Shown here: one piece after another, positions 13,318 to 26,304 of the stretch
Position numbering within the stretch: position 1 is the stretch's first letter
How the letters are laid out: every line of letters begins with the position of its first letter
From: Eledone cirrhosa
Taxonomy: Eukaryota
DNA length: 64,000 bases
Assembly (NCBI GenBank): GCA_964016885.1
Contig: OZ024756.1
Location: 8,866,001 to 8,930,000 of the forward strand
Direction: 5' to 3'
The notes under the pieces: model-generated
The model's database searches: none
What the model was told of the DNA's origin: nothing
The model's input: only the letters and a program-made list of their open reading frames with translations
Translations under genes and position numbers: made by a program

Positions 13318-13616
13318 CAACTACGTGGTAGTCACTCAGCAATTTAGACATAGCAGCCAAACCTTCTTTAGATCATATCACGGAGTGACAGCGGACAACG
13401 GAGGCTCGTACCACCAGGTATCTGATGAAACTCGAGAGGGTGCTTGGTTATTTCATCGTCTTAGCCTCGCCATCAGCCAGAGTAATGCTGAGTGTTGGCT
13501 TATTAGAGGGAGGCTCTAGCACCCCTTGTTGTGATGTATGCGGGTCCTCCTGGCTCTTTTTATCTTTTTTTCTTTAGTACTGTATAAATCTGCATAGTAT
13601 ATTCACGAAAAATAAA

Positions 13617-13860
13617 TCTTCTTCGCCCACTTATTCCTGAGAGGGCCGTAGGGGTAGAGTCCTCAAACACTCTTTCCAGCAGGTCCTGCCAGAAGCAACC
13701 GATTCCAACTCATCCTGTTGGATCCCTAAGCGAGACCAGCCAAGCTCGTGGATGTTATCCAACCATCTTGCACGGGGTCTACAGCTTGGTCACTTGCTGG
13801 TTTGTTTTGTCCGTAAAATCTGTCAAGCAAATCCTTCCTGAGACATTCTAACTACATGCT
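13617..13860 (-). mobile_element. RTE-type LINE 3' end fragment
   Basis: Reverse-strand homolog of 25310-25600 (RPRARWLDNIHELGWS); another at about 37940-38070. Confidence 0.65.
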
Positions 13861-14388
13861 CAAAAATAAATCGACATTCTAAATTCAAATTTTTAATTGT
13901 TTTTAATCACACTCCAGCAATTTATAAAAATGGGAGGACATATTTGAATAACTAAGTCCTAGATACACTATCTGTGAGAAAAAGACGAGACGATCGTAGC
14001 TGGAATTCCGTTAACTTGGGACTAAGTAAAGACAACAGAGTAGAGAAGTTAAATAAGAGTTATGGGCCTTGCTGAAACTTTCAATGTAGTTGTTATCTCC
14101 CTTTGAATGGTATGAAATCTCCAATTTACAGAGTCACGTTTTCCCTTTATTATGGTGGAATCCGAAGTTGTTATCGTTAATTGTAATTAACTGTAAGTCG
14201 ATATTTCTTCGGACTAATATATATACAAAGACTTACTATACTTTGAAAATGATGGAGCAACTTAATCCAATTTCCACTGATGTTTTACAGCAGTTTAAAA
14301 CAAAGGTATAACTATCATCTACTCGTATTTCATATTTGGCGATTTGAATGAAAATACAGAAAAATATACACACTAAAGTACATACACA

Positions 14389-14444
<56 letters not shown>

Positions 14445-14881
14445 ATATATATATTATACTGTGTTGTTGTTGTCTTAGTTTATTTATAAAGATTCCACTA
14501 AATAGTGATACTTCGAGGCTTTTTTTTGTTGTTGCTTTTGTAAAATTCTAATATAAATATGAAAATAAATCACTGGGTGTGTTGTATCCATTCGAATAAA
14601 TAGGCTTCTTATTACTGTTTACAATAAATAGTTTTCTAACAACTGACATTATTTTAAAAGAAATAACTTATATTTTCTAATCTTACTGACCGGTGAAGTA
14701 ATGTCCACAATGTTGAGTTGTTAAGCCATGTGGGAGGACATCCAGTGTTTTTATTGTAGTTTATCTTACTAATTATTTTATAGTTTCGTTTGTTAAAATA
14801 CAGCATGACTCCTACTCTTTTTCATTTCGTGTTTGGTTAAGGTTAACACCCATTAGTTCTTTTATTATTATAATTTCTCTG

Positions 14882-15133
14882 GAAGAGTCTATGTAGCCGG
14901 TAAGAGTGTCAGACAACATGAGTTGCGATCCGAGTTAAGACAATTTCAAATCTTTTCCACCATCAATTGTTAAAAAACAGGTTAAAATCATTTAGCCGTC
15001 CATTATGTTTTAGTTACATTCACACACATCTACAAGTAAATACATAAACAGATAACAGAAGGAAGGGGCTGGTGAAACGTTATAGCGATGTGTGTTGCGT
15101 TTCTTTAGGGTTTACCGGCTACGTAGCCTATTC
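14882..15133. repeat. About 250-bp element with terminal inverted repeats, copy 1
   Basis: gaagagtctatgtagccggtaa ... ttaccggctacgtagcctattc; second copy at 16034-16286. Confidence 0.7.
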
Positions 15134-16033
15134 AAATTTGTCTTTATGCCAATTTCATGACGGTCCCGTGAAGCGTGAGATGAACTTTCGACGAACAAGG
15201 TTTATTAGCTTTTATGGCTATTTTGATTCCTCTAGGCCCTATTTAGGTATGGGCGAGGCATGAATGTCATTTCATCGTGCTTTAAATTTGAGGCATATTG
15301 GCAGTATCGGTAGAGCGTCGGATAAAATGCATTGTGGAATTTGGTTATGTCTGTCTTTCTACGTTCTCAGTTCAAATCACGCCGAGATCTTTACTTTTGA
15401 TCCTTCTGGGAGTTGATAAAATAAAGTAAGAGTAAAAAACTGAAGTAGATATAATCCCCCTCCCCCCCCCCCAAACAAAAAATGTCTGGCATTGTGCCAA
15501 TTTTAGAAATAATACATTTGATTTCGAACCGGCCGATGCGTTATGTCCTTGAGCAAGACACTTTATTTCACATTGCTCCTTGTGACTGGATTTGCGACTG
15601 ACGGATAGTATTAGCAATTGGATAGACCAATGGAAACATTGTTTCCTCCACCCCACTTGTTAAGTGAATGATAATCTGGGATCTTGTCGATCGACCGTCG
15701 AAATTTGAGGCTTTTTGTTAAAAGTGAAAAAAAAAATGTTTTAAAATTAACTTTAAATATGTTTGTCATTTAATTAAAAAAGTGAAAGATAAAGACGAAG
15801 TTATGGCGTTCATGGCTTTCCCAAAGGTTCTCGACCCACCGACAGTTTACTTCTTGCTTTATGAGATTTGCATTCCTTTCATACATGTATTTCATAAAGA
15901 GAAGAAAATTAAGGTTTTACCAAAATCTATTTCACCCGCCTCACTTTGGAGGGGAAAGTTGTTTTTCCTGTGGTTTTTTTATGCATTTTGAACGAATATG
16001 GCATTCAAAACCATTGGAAATCATATAAATTTG

Positions 16034-16286
16034 GAAGAGGCTATGTAGCCAGTAAGAGTGGCAGACACCATGATTTGCGGCCCGAGTTAAGACAATTTGT
16101 TAAAAAACAAGTTAAAATCATTTAGTCGTCCATTCGTAACGTACGTTACGCTTTAGTTCCACACATACACACACATCTACAGGTAAATACATAAACAGAT
16201 ACAGACAACAGAAGGAAGGGGCTGGTGAAACCCTATAGCGATATGTGTTGCGTCCCTTTAGGGTTTACCGGCTACATAGCCTATTC
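16034..16286. repeat. About 250-bp element with terminal inverted repeats, copy 2
   Basis: gaagaggctatgtagccagtaa ... ttaccggctacatagcctattc. Confidence 0.7.
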
Positions 16287-16960
16287 GTATAAATTTCACC
16301 TCCAAAACGAGACCAGTGGAATAGTAAAAATTTACCAAAGTCACATTAAATCAGTCAATAAGATCGTTTTAATATTTTTGTGTTTTTATTTTTATTTAAG
16401 ATGTTGCATAAAAATTCTTTTCACATATGTGTAACGCCATTACATAGTCTATGGGGGTTAGGGGTTACCTTGCTCCCTAAACGTCCTGTCTAAAAAACGT
16501 CTATAAACCCCCTAACCTAAATTTAGGATGCTACATTTGTAAACATTATGGGGACTGTTTATAAATTCTGCTACAATTGTGTCAAACAGGCTATTGATGC
16601 ATAGCTCCCCTAACCCTAATTTGGGGTCATGCTTGCCTAGTTCCTTAAACGTCATTGTCTAGAATGGATGTTTACATAGCTCCTTAAATGCTAGAAACCA
16701 GCTACAGATTTCTTGGCCCTAATTTGAACTTCAAGGTTTACTAAACAAACAACTTTTCCAAATTTTGAACATCACACCCTACTTAAAATAGATGAGGATG
16801 CCCCAGCATAGTCACAGTTCAATGACTGAAACTGCACCCCCCCCCCACCTCAAAGAGGCCCCATTAATAATGTGTCTGTCCTGTATGCTATTCATATGTA
16901 TTATAAACTTGCATATTTTTCTATTTGTAGTTAAAAGAGGCCATATATCTTTTTAACACC

Positions 16961-17798
16961 ATGCCGGATTGTTTAAAACTCGAAGCTGTCCAACTATGGA
17001 AAGTTCTTTCAGTTGCTATAAAATTTAGTCCTTCCGATCAACCAACCCCATCTGATGAGGACTTGAGAGAAGTTGAATTGCAGCCAGTCGAAGAAGTAGT
17101 GACTTCCTTAACGGAAACCACTAGCAATGAGAGTGACGCAGCAAGCTTGATGGTGTTGGCTGATAAACTACGGGTGACATACTCTGATCAGACATCAAAG
17201 TTGTTGACAGAAGGAAATGGTATCTCTTCAAATGAAGAAGAGGAGGTGACAGAAACAATATTCTGTTACCCAAATATTGACATTGTCACCTGTGATGGTA
17301 CCGGTGAAAAACAGACTATAAAACTACCTCCTCCTATAGATATGGCAAGACTATATGCAAAGAAAAACATTTCATATACTAAAAAATTAAAACAGCCTTC
17401 AACTAAAAAGAATGATGATGTAAAACTAGTTTCAGCAGAATCTAAGCTGGATGGTTGTAGAGACGAGTCTAAGCTGGATGGTAAAAATGAAAATAATAAT
17501 TCAGCAACAGGTTTGCGGAAGAGCAAGAGAATTCGTATCCGAAAAGACAAAACTGATCTTTACTTTGATTTAGAGTTACCCGATGGTGGAGGGCCAGCCC
17601 GACTAATCAGTACAGGACAAACTAACCTTGGGGACCCTGTTTGTATTGAAGCCTTAGATATTATCTCCAAAGAAGTGAAGGCCACAATACAGCCACAGAT
17701 TGAGTGTAAAAAGAAAAAGACCAATTTCCAGTCGTCAAATGGTGCCTATACTTGTGAGATTTGTGGTGTGGAGGTCCAATATTTAGCTTCCCTTATTG
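16961..17798 (+). CDS. C2H2 zinc-finger gene, coding exon 1 (acidic/disordered N-terminus and first half of finger 1)
   Basis: Acceptor tttgtag ends at 16930, ATG at 16961 (acc ATG), ORF runs to YTCEICG...SLI, donor G|gtaaga at 17799, phase 1. Confidence 0.88.
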
Positions 17799-17848
17799 GT
17801 AAGATCTACCATTTTCTAAACTCCACTTTAAATCTGGGTTTTAAATTC

Positions 17849-19755
17849 ATCTCTATAACTGTAGTCTACACACCTATACCTAGTCTACACATCTATAACT
17901 GTAGTCTACACACCTATAACTGTAGTCTACACACCTATAACTGTAGTCTACACATCTATAACTGTAGTCTACACATCTATAACTGTAGTCTACACACCTA
18001 TAACTGTAGTCTACACATCTATAACTGTAGTCTACACATCAATAACTGTAGTCTACACATCTATAACTGTAGTCTACACACCTATAACTGTAGTCTACAC
18101 ATCTATAACTGTAGTCTACACATCTATAACTGTAGTCTACACATCTATAACTGTAGTCTACACACCTATAACTAGTCTACACACCTATAACTGTAGTCTA
18201 CACACCTATAACTGTAGTCTACACACCTATAACTGTAGTCTACACACCTATAACTGTAGTCTACACACCTATAACTGTAGTCTACACACCTATACCTGTA
18301 GTCTACACACCTATACCTGTAGTCTACACATCTATAACTGTAGTCTACACATCTATAACTGTAGTCTACACACCTATAACTGTAGTCTACACACCTATAA
18401 CTGTAGTCTACACATCTATAACTAGTCTACACACCTATAACTGTAGTCTACACACCTATACCTGTAGTCTACACACCTATAACTGTATTCTACACATCTA
18501 TAACTAGTCTACACACCTATAACTGTATTCTACACATCTATAACTAGTCTACACACCTATAACTGTAGTCTACACACCTATAACTGTAGTCTACACACCT
18601 ATAACTGTAGTCTACACGTCTATAACTGTAGTCTACACACCTATAACTGTAGTCTACACACCTATAACTGTAGTCTACACATCTATAACTAGTTTACACA
18701 CCTATACCTATAGTCTACACACCTATAACTGTAGTCTACACATCTATAACTGTAGTCTACACATCTATAACTGTAGTCTACACATCTATAACTAGTCTAC
18801 ACACCTATAACTGTAGTCTACACACCTATAACTGTAGTCTACACACCTATAACTGTAGTCTACACATCTATAACTGTAGTCTACACATCTATAACTAGTC
18901 TACACACCTATAACTAGTCTACACACCTATAACTGTAGTCTACACACCTATAACTGTAGTCTACACATCTATAACTGTAGTCTACACATCTATAACTAGT
19001 CTACACATCTATAACTAGTCTACACACCTATAACTGTAGTCTACACACCTATAACTGTAGTCTACACACCTATATCTGTAGTCTACACATCTATAACTGT
19101 AGTCTACACACCTATAACTGTAGTCTACACACCTATAACTGTAGTCTACACATCTATATCTGTAGTCTACACGTCTATAACTGTAGTCTACACACCTATA
19201 ACTGTAGTCTACACACCTATACCTGTAGTCTACACACCTATAACTGTAGTCTACACCTATAACTGTAGTCTACACACCTATAACTGTAGTCTACACATCT
19301 ATAACTGTAGTCTACACACCTATAACAGTAGTCTACACATCTATAACTGTAGTCTACACACCTATAACTGTAGTCTACACATCTATAACTGTAGTCTACG
19401 CACCTATAACTGTAGTCTACACATCTATAACTAGTCTACACATCTATAACTGTAGTCTACACACCTATAACTGTAGTCTACACATGTATAACTGTAGTCT
19501 ACACACCTATAACTGTAGTCTACACACCTATAACTGTAGTCTACACATCTATAACTGTAGTCTACACACCTATAACTGTAGTCTACACACCTATAACTGT
19601 AGTCTACACACCTATAACTAGTCTACACATCTATAACTGTAGTCTACACACCTATACCTGTAGTCTACACACCTATAACTGTAGTCTACACATCTATAAC
19701 TGTAGTCTACACATCTATAACTGTAGTCTACACATCTATAACTGTAGTCTACACA
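17849..19755. repeat. 21-bp minisatellite (about 90 copies) in zinc-finger intron 1
   Basis: Unit ctataactgtagtctacaca(c/t); starts about 50 nt after the donor. Confidence 0.97.
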
Positions 19756-20340
19756 TTATTAAGAAAGATGTGAGTGAGGCGAGGGGGGAGCAGTGTAGTT
19801 CAGTTTGTAGATGAGAAATAATTCATAAAAGATAGGGCAACTGGGGTAGCCCCAGAGGGTATTAAGCCCCACCACACTACATATAATCTATTTGCAGTGT
19901 GATGAAGGTTAAAACCCTCTGGGGCTTAGTACTCCCATTTACTCTACAGAAGAAAAATATAAATAGGCAACTGAAGAAAGGGTAATTGGGGATGGAGTGA
20001 CAGACTGTTTTTTCCCCAATCTGAGCGGCACATTTCAACTGTGCCTCAAGGACTAAATGGTGAAAGCATTGCTGCAGAGAATGACTTGCGACACTTGCTG
20101 CAACATTCTCTCTAGCTCAAGTACTCCTTCTTCAGGCAGGCTGCAAAGGAAAACAGCAGTGCTGGGACAGGACACCTGAGGTCTCAATGGTGACCAGTGC
20201 ACAAAGGAAGCAGTCTGGCCAGAGGAGAGAAAGATAACCAAATACCGGGGTTTGACTCATTAAATACTTATTGATTGGTATTCAATACAGGGATATTGAG
20301 TCTCCAGTGGGTTGAGACATGTTATTTCACTTACATTCTC

Positions 20341-20625
20341 GCCCCCTACCAAGTACTGAGATGGGTCGGTGACCAGCAACTCCCATACAATCGTGCACCC
20401 TACCAAGTACTGAGATGGGTCGGTGACCAGCAACTCACATACAATCCTGCACCCTACCAAGTACTGAGATGGGTCGGTGACCAGCAACTCGCATACAATC
20501 GTGCACCCTACCAAGTACTGAGATGGGTCGGTGACCATCAACTCACATACAATCGTGCACCCTACCAAGTACTGAGATGGGTCGGTGACCAGCAACTCAC
20601 ATACAATCCTGCACTCTATCAAGTG
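20341..20625. repeat. 54-bp tandem repeat (about 5 copies)
   Basis: Unit caccctaccaagtactgagatgggtcggtgaccagcaactcacatacaatc(g/c)tg. Confidence 0.9.
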
Positions 20626-20970
20626 CATTTTATTGCGACACCAGCTGAACAGTCCTGGTTTGCCACAATAAAAAGCACCCAGCCCACACTATAATGTGGT
20701 TAGTGTTAGGAGGGGCATCCAGCCATAGAAACCAAGCCAAAATACAGATCTGTATGAGCAAGACATGGTCTCTGGACCTGACTTGTCTCTTAATGTGATA
20801 ACCTGTCTAACTCTTGCAAGTGTGGAAAATGGACGTTAAATGATGAAATGTGAAAATCTCTGCTCATGTTAATTAATCTTTGTTAATTTGTTAGCTTGTC
20901 TGTTAAAGTTGATGAGGGTTGCTTTTCTTTATTAATTTACTACCTTGTCCCTGTTAAGTAAGAATTATTG

Positions 20971-23294
20971 TTAACCCTTTAACATTTACATTACTCTATC
21001 AGGGGCGAAGGGTCCATGCATGCAACGCATGCAGTGCATGCGTTATAGAATCTTGAGTTGATCAATTGCATCGGTTGAAGCAAGCAGAATTTTGGCTGCT
21101 TACTAAATCATATAGACACAAAAAAAGATAACACACACACTCACACACACACACATACACACACACTTGATAACACAACATGCGGCTTTGACCGGGAGGG
21201 CCATTTAGAGGGAATTGGGGTGGGGCGTAAGGCTGCACAACTTCACTTTCCGTCATGGTGATTGGACTGTATGCCCTGCTTTCCAGGTTACCCTTCGCCA
21301 CTGTACTCTATATATACTATTGTATTTTCACAGTAAAGGCTTTACCTCACATAATATCTTACATTACTCTATATATACTATTGTATTTTCACAGTAAAGG
21401 CTTTACCTCACATAATATCTCACATAACATTTACATTACTCTATATATACTATTGTATTTTCACAGTAAAGGCTTTCCCTCACATAATATCTCACATAAC
21501 ATTTACATTACTCTATATATACTATTGTATTTTCACATTAAAGGCTTTACCTCACATAATATCTTACATAACATTTAGATTACTCTATATATACTATTGT
21601 ATTTTCACAGTAAAGGCTTTACCTCACATAATATCTCACATAACATTTACATTACTCTATATATACTATTGTATTTTCACATTAAAGGCTTTACCTCACA
21701 TAATATCTTACATAACATTTAGATTACTCTATATATACTATTGTATTTTCACAGTAAAGGCTTTACCTCACATAATATCTCACATAACATTTACATTACT
21801 CTATATATATACCATTGTATTTTCACAGTAAAGGCTTTACCTCACATAATATCTCACATAACATTTACATTACTCTATATATACTATTGTATTTTCACAG
21901 TAAAGGCTTTACCTCACATAATATCTTACATAACATTTACATTACTCTATATATACTATTGTATTTTCACAGTAAAGTCTTTACCTCACATAATATCTCA
22001 CATAACATTTACATTACTCTATATATACTATTGTATTTTTACAGTAAAGGCTTTCCCTCACATAATATCTCACATAACATTTACATTACTCTATATATAC
22101 TATTGTATTTCACAGTAAAGGCTTTCCCTCACATAATATCTCACATAACATTTACATTACTCTATATATACTATTGTATTTTCACAGTAAAGGCTTTACC
22201 TCACATAATATCTCGCATAACATTTACATTACTATATATATATTATCGTAATTTCACAGTAAAGGCTTTCCCTCACATAATATCTCACATAACATTTACA
22301 TTACTCTATATATACTATTGTATTTTCACATTAAAGGCTTTACCTCACATAATATCTTACATAACATTTAGATTACTCTATATATACTATTGTAATTTCA
22401 CAGTAAAGGCTTTCCCTCACATAATATCTCACATAACATTTACATTACTCTATATATACTATTGTATTTTCACAGTAAAGTCTTTACCTCACATAATATC
22501 TCGCATAACATTTACATTACTCTATATATACTATTGTATTTTCACATTAAAGGCTTTACCTCACATAATATCTTACATAACATTTAGATTACTCTATATA
22601 TACTATTGTAATTTCACAGTAAAGGCTTTCCCTCACATAATATCTCACATACCATTTACATTACTCTATATATACTATTGTATTTTCACGGTAAATGCTT
22701 TACCTCACATAATATCTCACATAACATTTACATTACTCTATATATACTATTGTATTTTCACAGTAAATGCTTTACCTCATATAATATCTCACATAACATT
22801 TACATTACTCTATATATATTATTGTATTTTCACAGTAAAGTCTTTACCTCACATAATATCTCACATAACATTTACATTACTCTATATATACTATTGTATT
22901 TTCACAGTAAAGGCTTTACCTCACATAATATCTCACATAACATTTACATTACTCTATATATACTATTGTATTTTCACAGTAAAGGCTTTACCTCACATAT
23001 CTCACATAACATTTACATTACTCTATATATACTATTGTATTTTCACAGTAAAGGCTTTACCTCACATAATATCTCACATAACATTTACATTACTCTATAT
23101 ATACTATTGTATTTTCACAGTAAAGGCTTTACCTCACATAATATCTCACATATCAAATCTATGAGAGTTTGGTATTATTTATTTTGAGAACAATACCTTA
23201 ACATAAGTATGAGCGACCGGTTATAGCCAGTTTGAACAGAAAGAAGTGATAGTATTCTGGCCGGATATGGCCAGTTTAAATGCTAAAAGGTTAA
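20971..23294 (+). mobile_element. piggyBac-type MITE with about 25 internal 72-bp repeats and a nested hAT MITE
   Basis: ttaa-ccctttaacattta ... taaatgctaaaagg-ttaa ends; array at about 21304-23155. Confidence 0.85.
21000..21303. mobile_element. hAT-type MITE (304 bp)
   Basis: TIRs caggggcgaaggg / cccttcgccactg and an exact 8-bp TSD tactctat (20992-20999, 21304-21311). Confidence 0.88.
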
Positions 23295-23319
23295 ACTTTT
23301 TTCTTTCTCTTTTTTTTAG

Positions 23320-23524
23320 TTCATCGCCGCCGACATAGCGGAGAGAAACCTTTCACTTGTTCAACTTGTGGACGAGGGTTTACCACCAATGGAAACAAAT
23401 TACGACATGAAAAAACTCATTCTGGGGAGAAGCCATTTGAATGTTTGGAGTGTAAGAAACGTTTTACAGAGAAGAAATCATTGAAAGTTCATATGAGAAG
23501 TCATACAGGAGAAAGGCCTTATAA
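23320..23524 (+). CDS. C2H2 zinc-finger gene, coding exon 2 ([17 protein letters not shown]...[12 protein letters not shown]...HTGERPY)
   Basis: Strong polypyrimidine tract and AG, phase 1-2, donor gtaagt, canonical SGEKPF/TGERPY linkers. Confidence 0.95.
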
Positions 23525-23576
23525 GTAAGTTATATCTCAAGTTCCAGGTTTCAGATAGGGCTGGCGCTTCAATAAA

Positions 23577-24170
23577 AGGCACCCAGTCCACTCTGTAAAG
23601 TGGTAGGGCTGGCGCTTCAATAAAGGGCACCCAGTCCACCCTAGAAAGTGGTAGTGTTGGTGCTCCAATAAAGGGCACCCAGTCCACCCTGGAAAGTGGT
23701 AGTGTTGGTGCTCCAATAAAGGGCACCCAGTCCACCCTGGAAAGAGGTAGTGTTGGTGCTCCAATAAAGGGCACCCAGTCCACCCTGGAAAGTGGTAGTG
23801 TTGGTGCTCCAATATAGGGCACCCAGTCCACACTGGAAAGTAGTAGTGTTGGTGCTCCAATAAAGGGCACCCAGTCCACACTGGAAAGTGGTAGTGTTGG
23901 TGCTCCAATAAAGGGCACCCAGTCCACACTGGAAAGAGGTAGTGTTGGTGCTCCAATAAAGGGCACCCAGTCCACCCTGGAAAGTGGTAGTGTTGGTGCT
24001 CCAATATAGGGCACCCAGTCCACACTGGAAAGTAGTAGTGTTGGTGCTCCAATAAAGGGCACCCAGTCCACACTGGAAAGTGGTAGTGTTGGTGCTCCAA
24101 TAAAGGGCACCCAGTCCACCCTGGAAAGTGGTAGTGTTGGTGCTCCAATATAGGGCACCCAGTCCACATT
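23577..24170 (-). repeat. 48-bp minisatellite (about 12 copies) related to the 5538-6408 unit
   Basis: Reverse unit ccactttccagtgtggactgggtgccctttattggagcaccaacacta. Confidence 0.9.
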
Positions 24171-24324
24171 GTAAGGTGATAGTACTGGAGTTACAACAAA
24201 AGGCACCCAATTCCCCCTCTTAGGTAGTGGTGCTGGTGCCATGACAACAAAAAACACCCAGTTATGTTGTGACCACCTTATAGGGTAGGCTGTAAAATAA
24301 TATACAAAAATATAGCAAAAAAAT

Positions 24325-24520
24325 ATGTGGGTTGGCTGAAAAGTTCATAGGCTGACTATGAAGGAGTGATGCTAGCGCTGTGAAATATTGCATACAGTAA
24401 TTTCACCTCTTATTAATAATAACTGCATTGTTTCTTTCCTAAGAACTATGTTGAAAAATAAACCTCATTTGGTCATTCCATGAGAGTATCTTGGTCAGCT
24501 ATGAACTTTTCAGCTGCCGT
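24325..24520. mobile_element. mariner-type MITE (opposite orientation to the 8594 copy)
   Basis: gggttggctgaaaagttcatag ... ctatgaacttttcagctg. Confidence 0.7.
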
Positions 24521-24559
24521 CATATAACTCTGTATGTAGAGTTATATATGAGAGTATAT

Positions 24560-25160
24560 AACTTGACTTCCCACCACTCGACTTCACTCAACTTGACTTC
24601 CCTCCACTTGACTTCCCACCAGTCGACTTCACTCAACTTGACTTCCCTCCACTTGACTTCCCACCAGTCGACTTCACTCAACTTGACTTCCCACCAGTCG
24701 ACTTCACTCAACTTGACTTCCCACCAGTCGACTTCACTCAACTTGACTTCCCTCCACTTGACTTCCCACCAGTCGACTTCACTCAACTTGACTTCCCTCC
24801 ACTTGACTTCCCTCAACTTGACTTCCCACCAGTCGACTTCACTCAACTTGACTTCCCACCACTCGACTTCACTCAACTTGACTTCCCTCCACTTGACTTC
24901 CCACCAGTCGACTTCACTCAACTTGACTTCCCTCCACTTGACTTCCCTCAACTTGACTTCCCACCAGTCGACTTCACTCAACTTGACTTCCCACCACTCG
25001 ACTTCACTCAACTTGACTTCTCTCCACTCGACTTCACTTCTCTCCACTCGACTTCACTCCACTCGACTTCACTCAACTCGACTTCCTTCCACTCGACTTC
25101 CCTCCACTCGACTTCCCTCCACTCGACTTCCCTCAACTCGACTGGACACGTTACCTCCAT
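24560..25160. repeat. 15/30-bp acttgacttc-based minisatellite, block A
   Basis: Ends in ctcgactggacacgttacctcca, identical to the end of block B. Confidence 0.9.
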
Positions 25161-25309
25161 ATAGACTGAGCTCAATGACTGAAAGAATATATTTTTCTTT
25201 ATTTTTCTTTCACATGTCACTTGTAAAATCATATTTTCAACTGTTATGAAAATTGGGATTATCACTCCTGATTGCTATTGCTTATGGAGTACGTTACTCA
25301 ATAAAGTGT

Positions 25310-25600
25310 GTAGCTCGGGGATCAAAGAGTCATTTAAGTTAGAGCCACTACTTCTTAGAATTGAGAGATCACAGCTCCAATACTATGGACATGTGGTTAG
25401 AATGTCTCAGGAAAGAATCACTGGACAGATTTTACAGGCAAAAACAACCAGCAGGAGACCTAGGGGTAGACCCCGAGCAAGATGGTTGGATAACATCCAT
25501 GAGCTTGGCTGGTCACACTTGAGGATCCAGGCTGATCAGTTGGAGATGGTTGCTTCTGACATGACCCACTGGAGGGAGTGTTTGAGGACTCTCTCAGGAA
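25310..25600 (+). mobile_element. RTE-type LINE 3' coding fragment
   Basis: LLLRIERSQLQYYGHVVRM...RRPRGRPRARWLD. Confidence 0.75.
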
Positions 25601-26304
25601 TAAATGGGCAAAGAAGATACTGTGTAATTATATACAGCATAGCTGAAACTACTGTCTAGCAATAGGCTGCTTTAGAATTTTGATTCCATCTATTTATTTG
25701 TTTGTCATTGTCAACATCATTGTTTAACGTCCATTTTCAATGCTAGCATGGGTTAGAAAAGTTGCCCCGTTGGGAGATGAGACAGGTCCTATGACCATAG
25801 CTTGCTCATACAGGACTGGTTTTGGCTTGGTTTCTATGGCTGGATGCCCTTCCTAACACCAACCACATTTACAGTGTTTGCTGAGTGCTTTTTTTCATGA
25901 CACCTACATGACCACTTTATATCATCATCATCATCACCGTTTTACGTCCCTTCTTCCACACTAGCATGGGTTAGACGGGTTGTCCTGTTGTCGGCAGTGT
26001 CCAGTCGGCTGACCTTGTATTGCTCATACAGGAACTGATTCTGGCTTGATTTCTACAGCTGGATGCCCTTCCTAACACCAACCTCATTTACAGTGAGTGC
26101 TGGGTGCTTTTTTGCCGTGGCGCCTACATGTCCACTTTGCAGTTGGAGGAGGTGGGGCCTTATTGCCTATATGCTTCAGCTTCGGCTTGTACCCGTGGGA
26201 AGTTGGGTCTTCTGTATTACTGCATGACGCCAGAGGTCACGGTCGTGTGTCATCGCCTTTGAGAGGTGCAATTGGGTACGGTCGGTTTTTATATATTTAT
26301 ATAC

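Noticed and set aside
9058-13360. Two ORFs of about 1420 aa on the minus strand
   Set aside because: They are translations of a 45-bp satellite that lacks stops in two frames; no domain, no splice context.
17799-18175. C-terminal YNCSLH repeats of the 404-aa ORF
   Set aside because: Read-through past the donor at 17799 into the intronic 21-bp minisatellite; the spliced frame completes a zinc finger instead.
20341-20625. agtactgagatggg..gtgacc resembles the 5S rRNA internal control region
   Set aside because: Short gapped similarity only; no other 5S sequence is recognisable.
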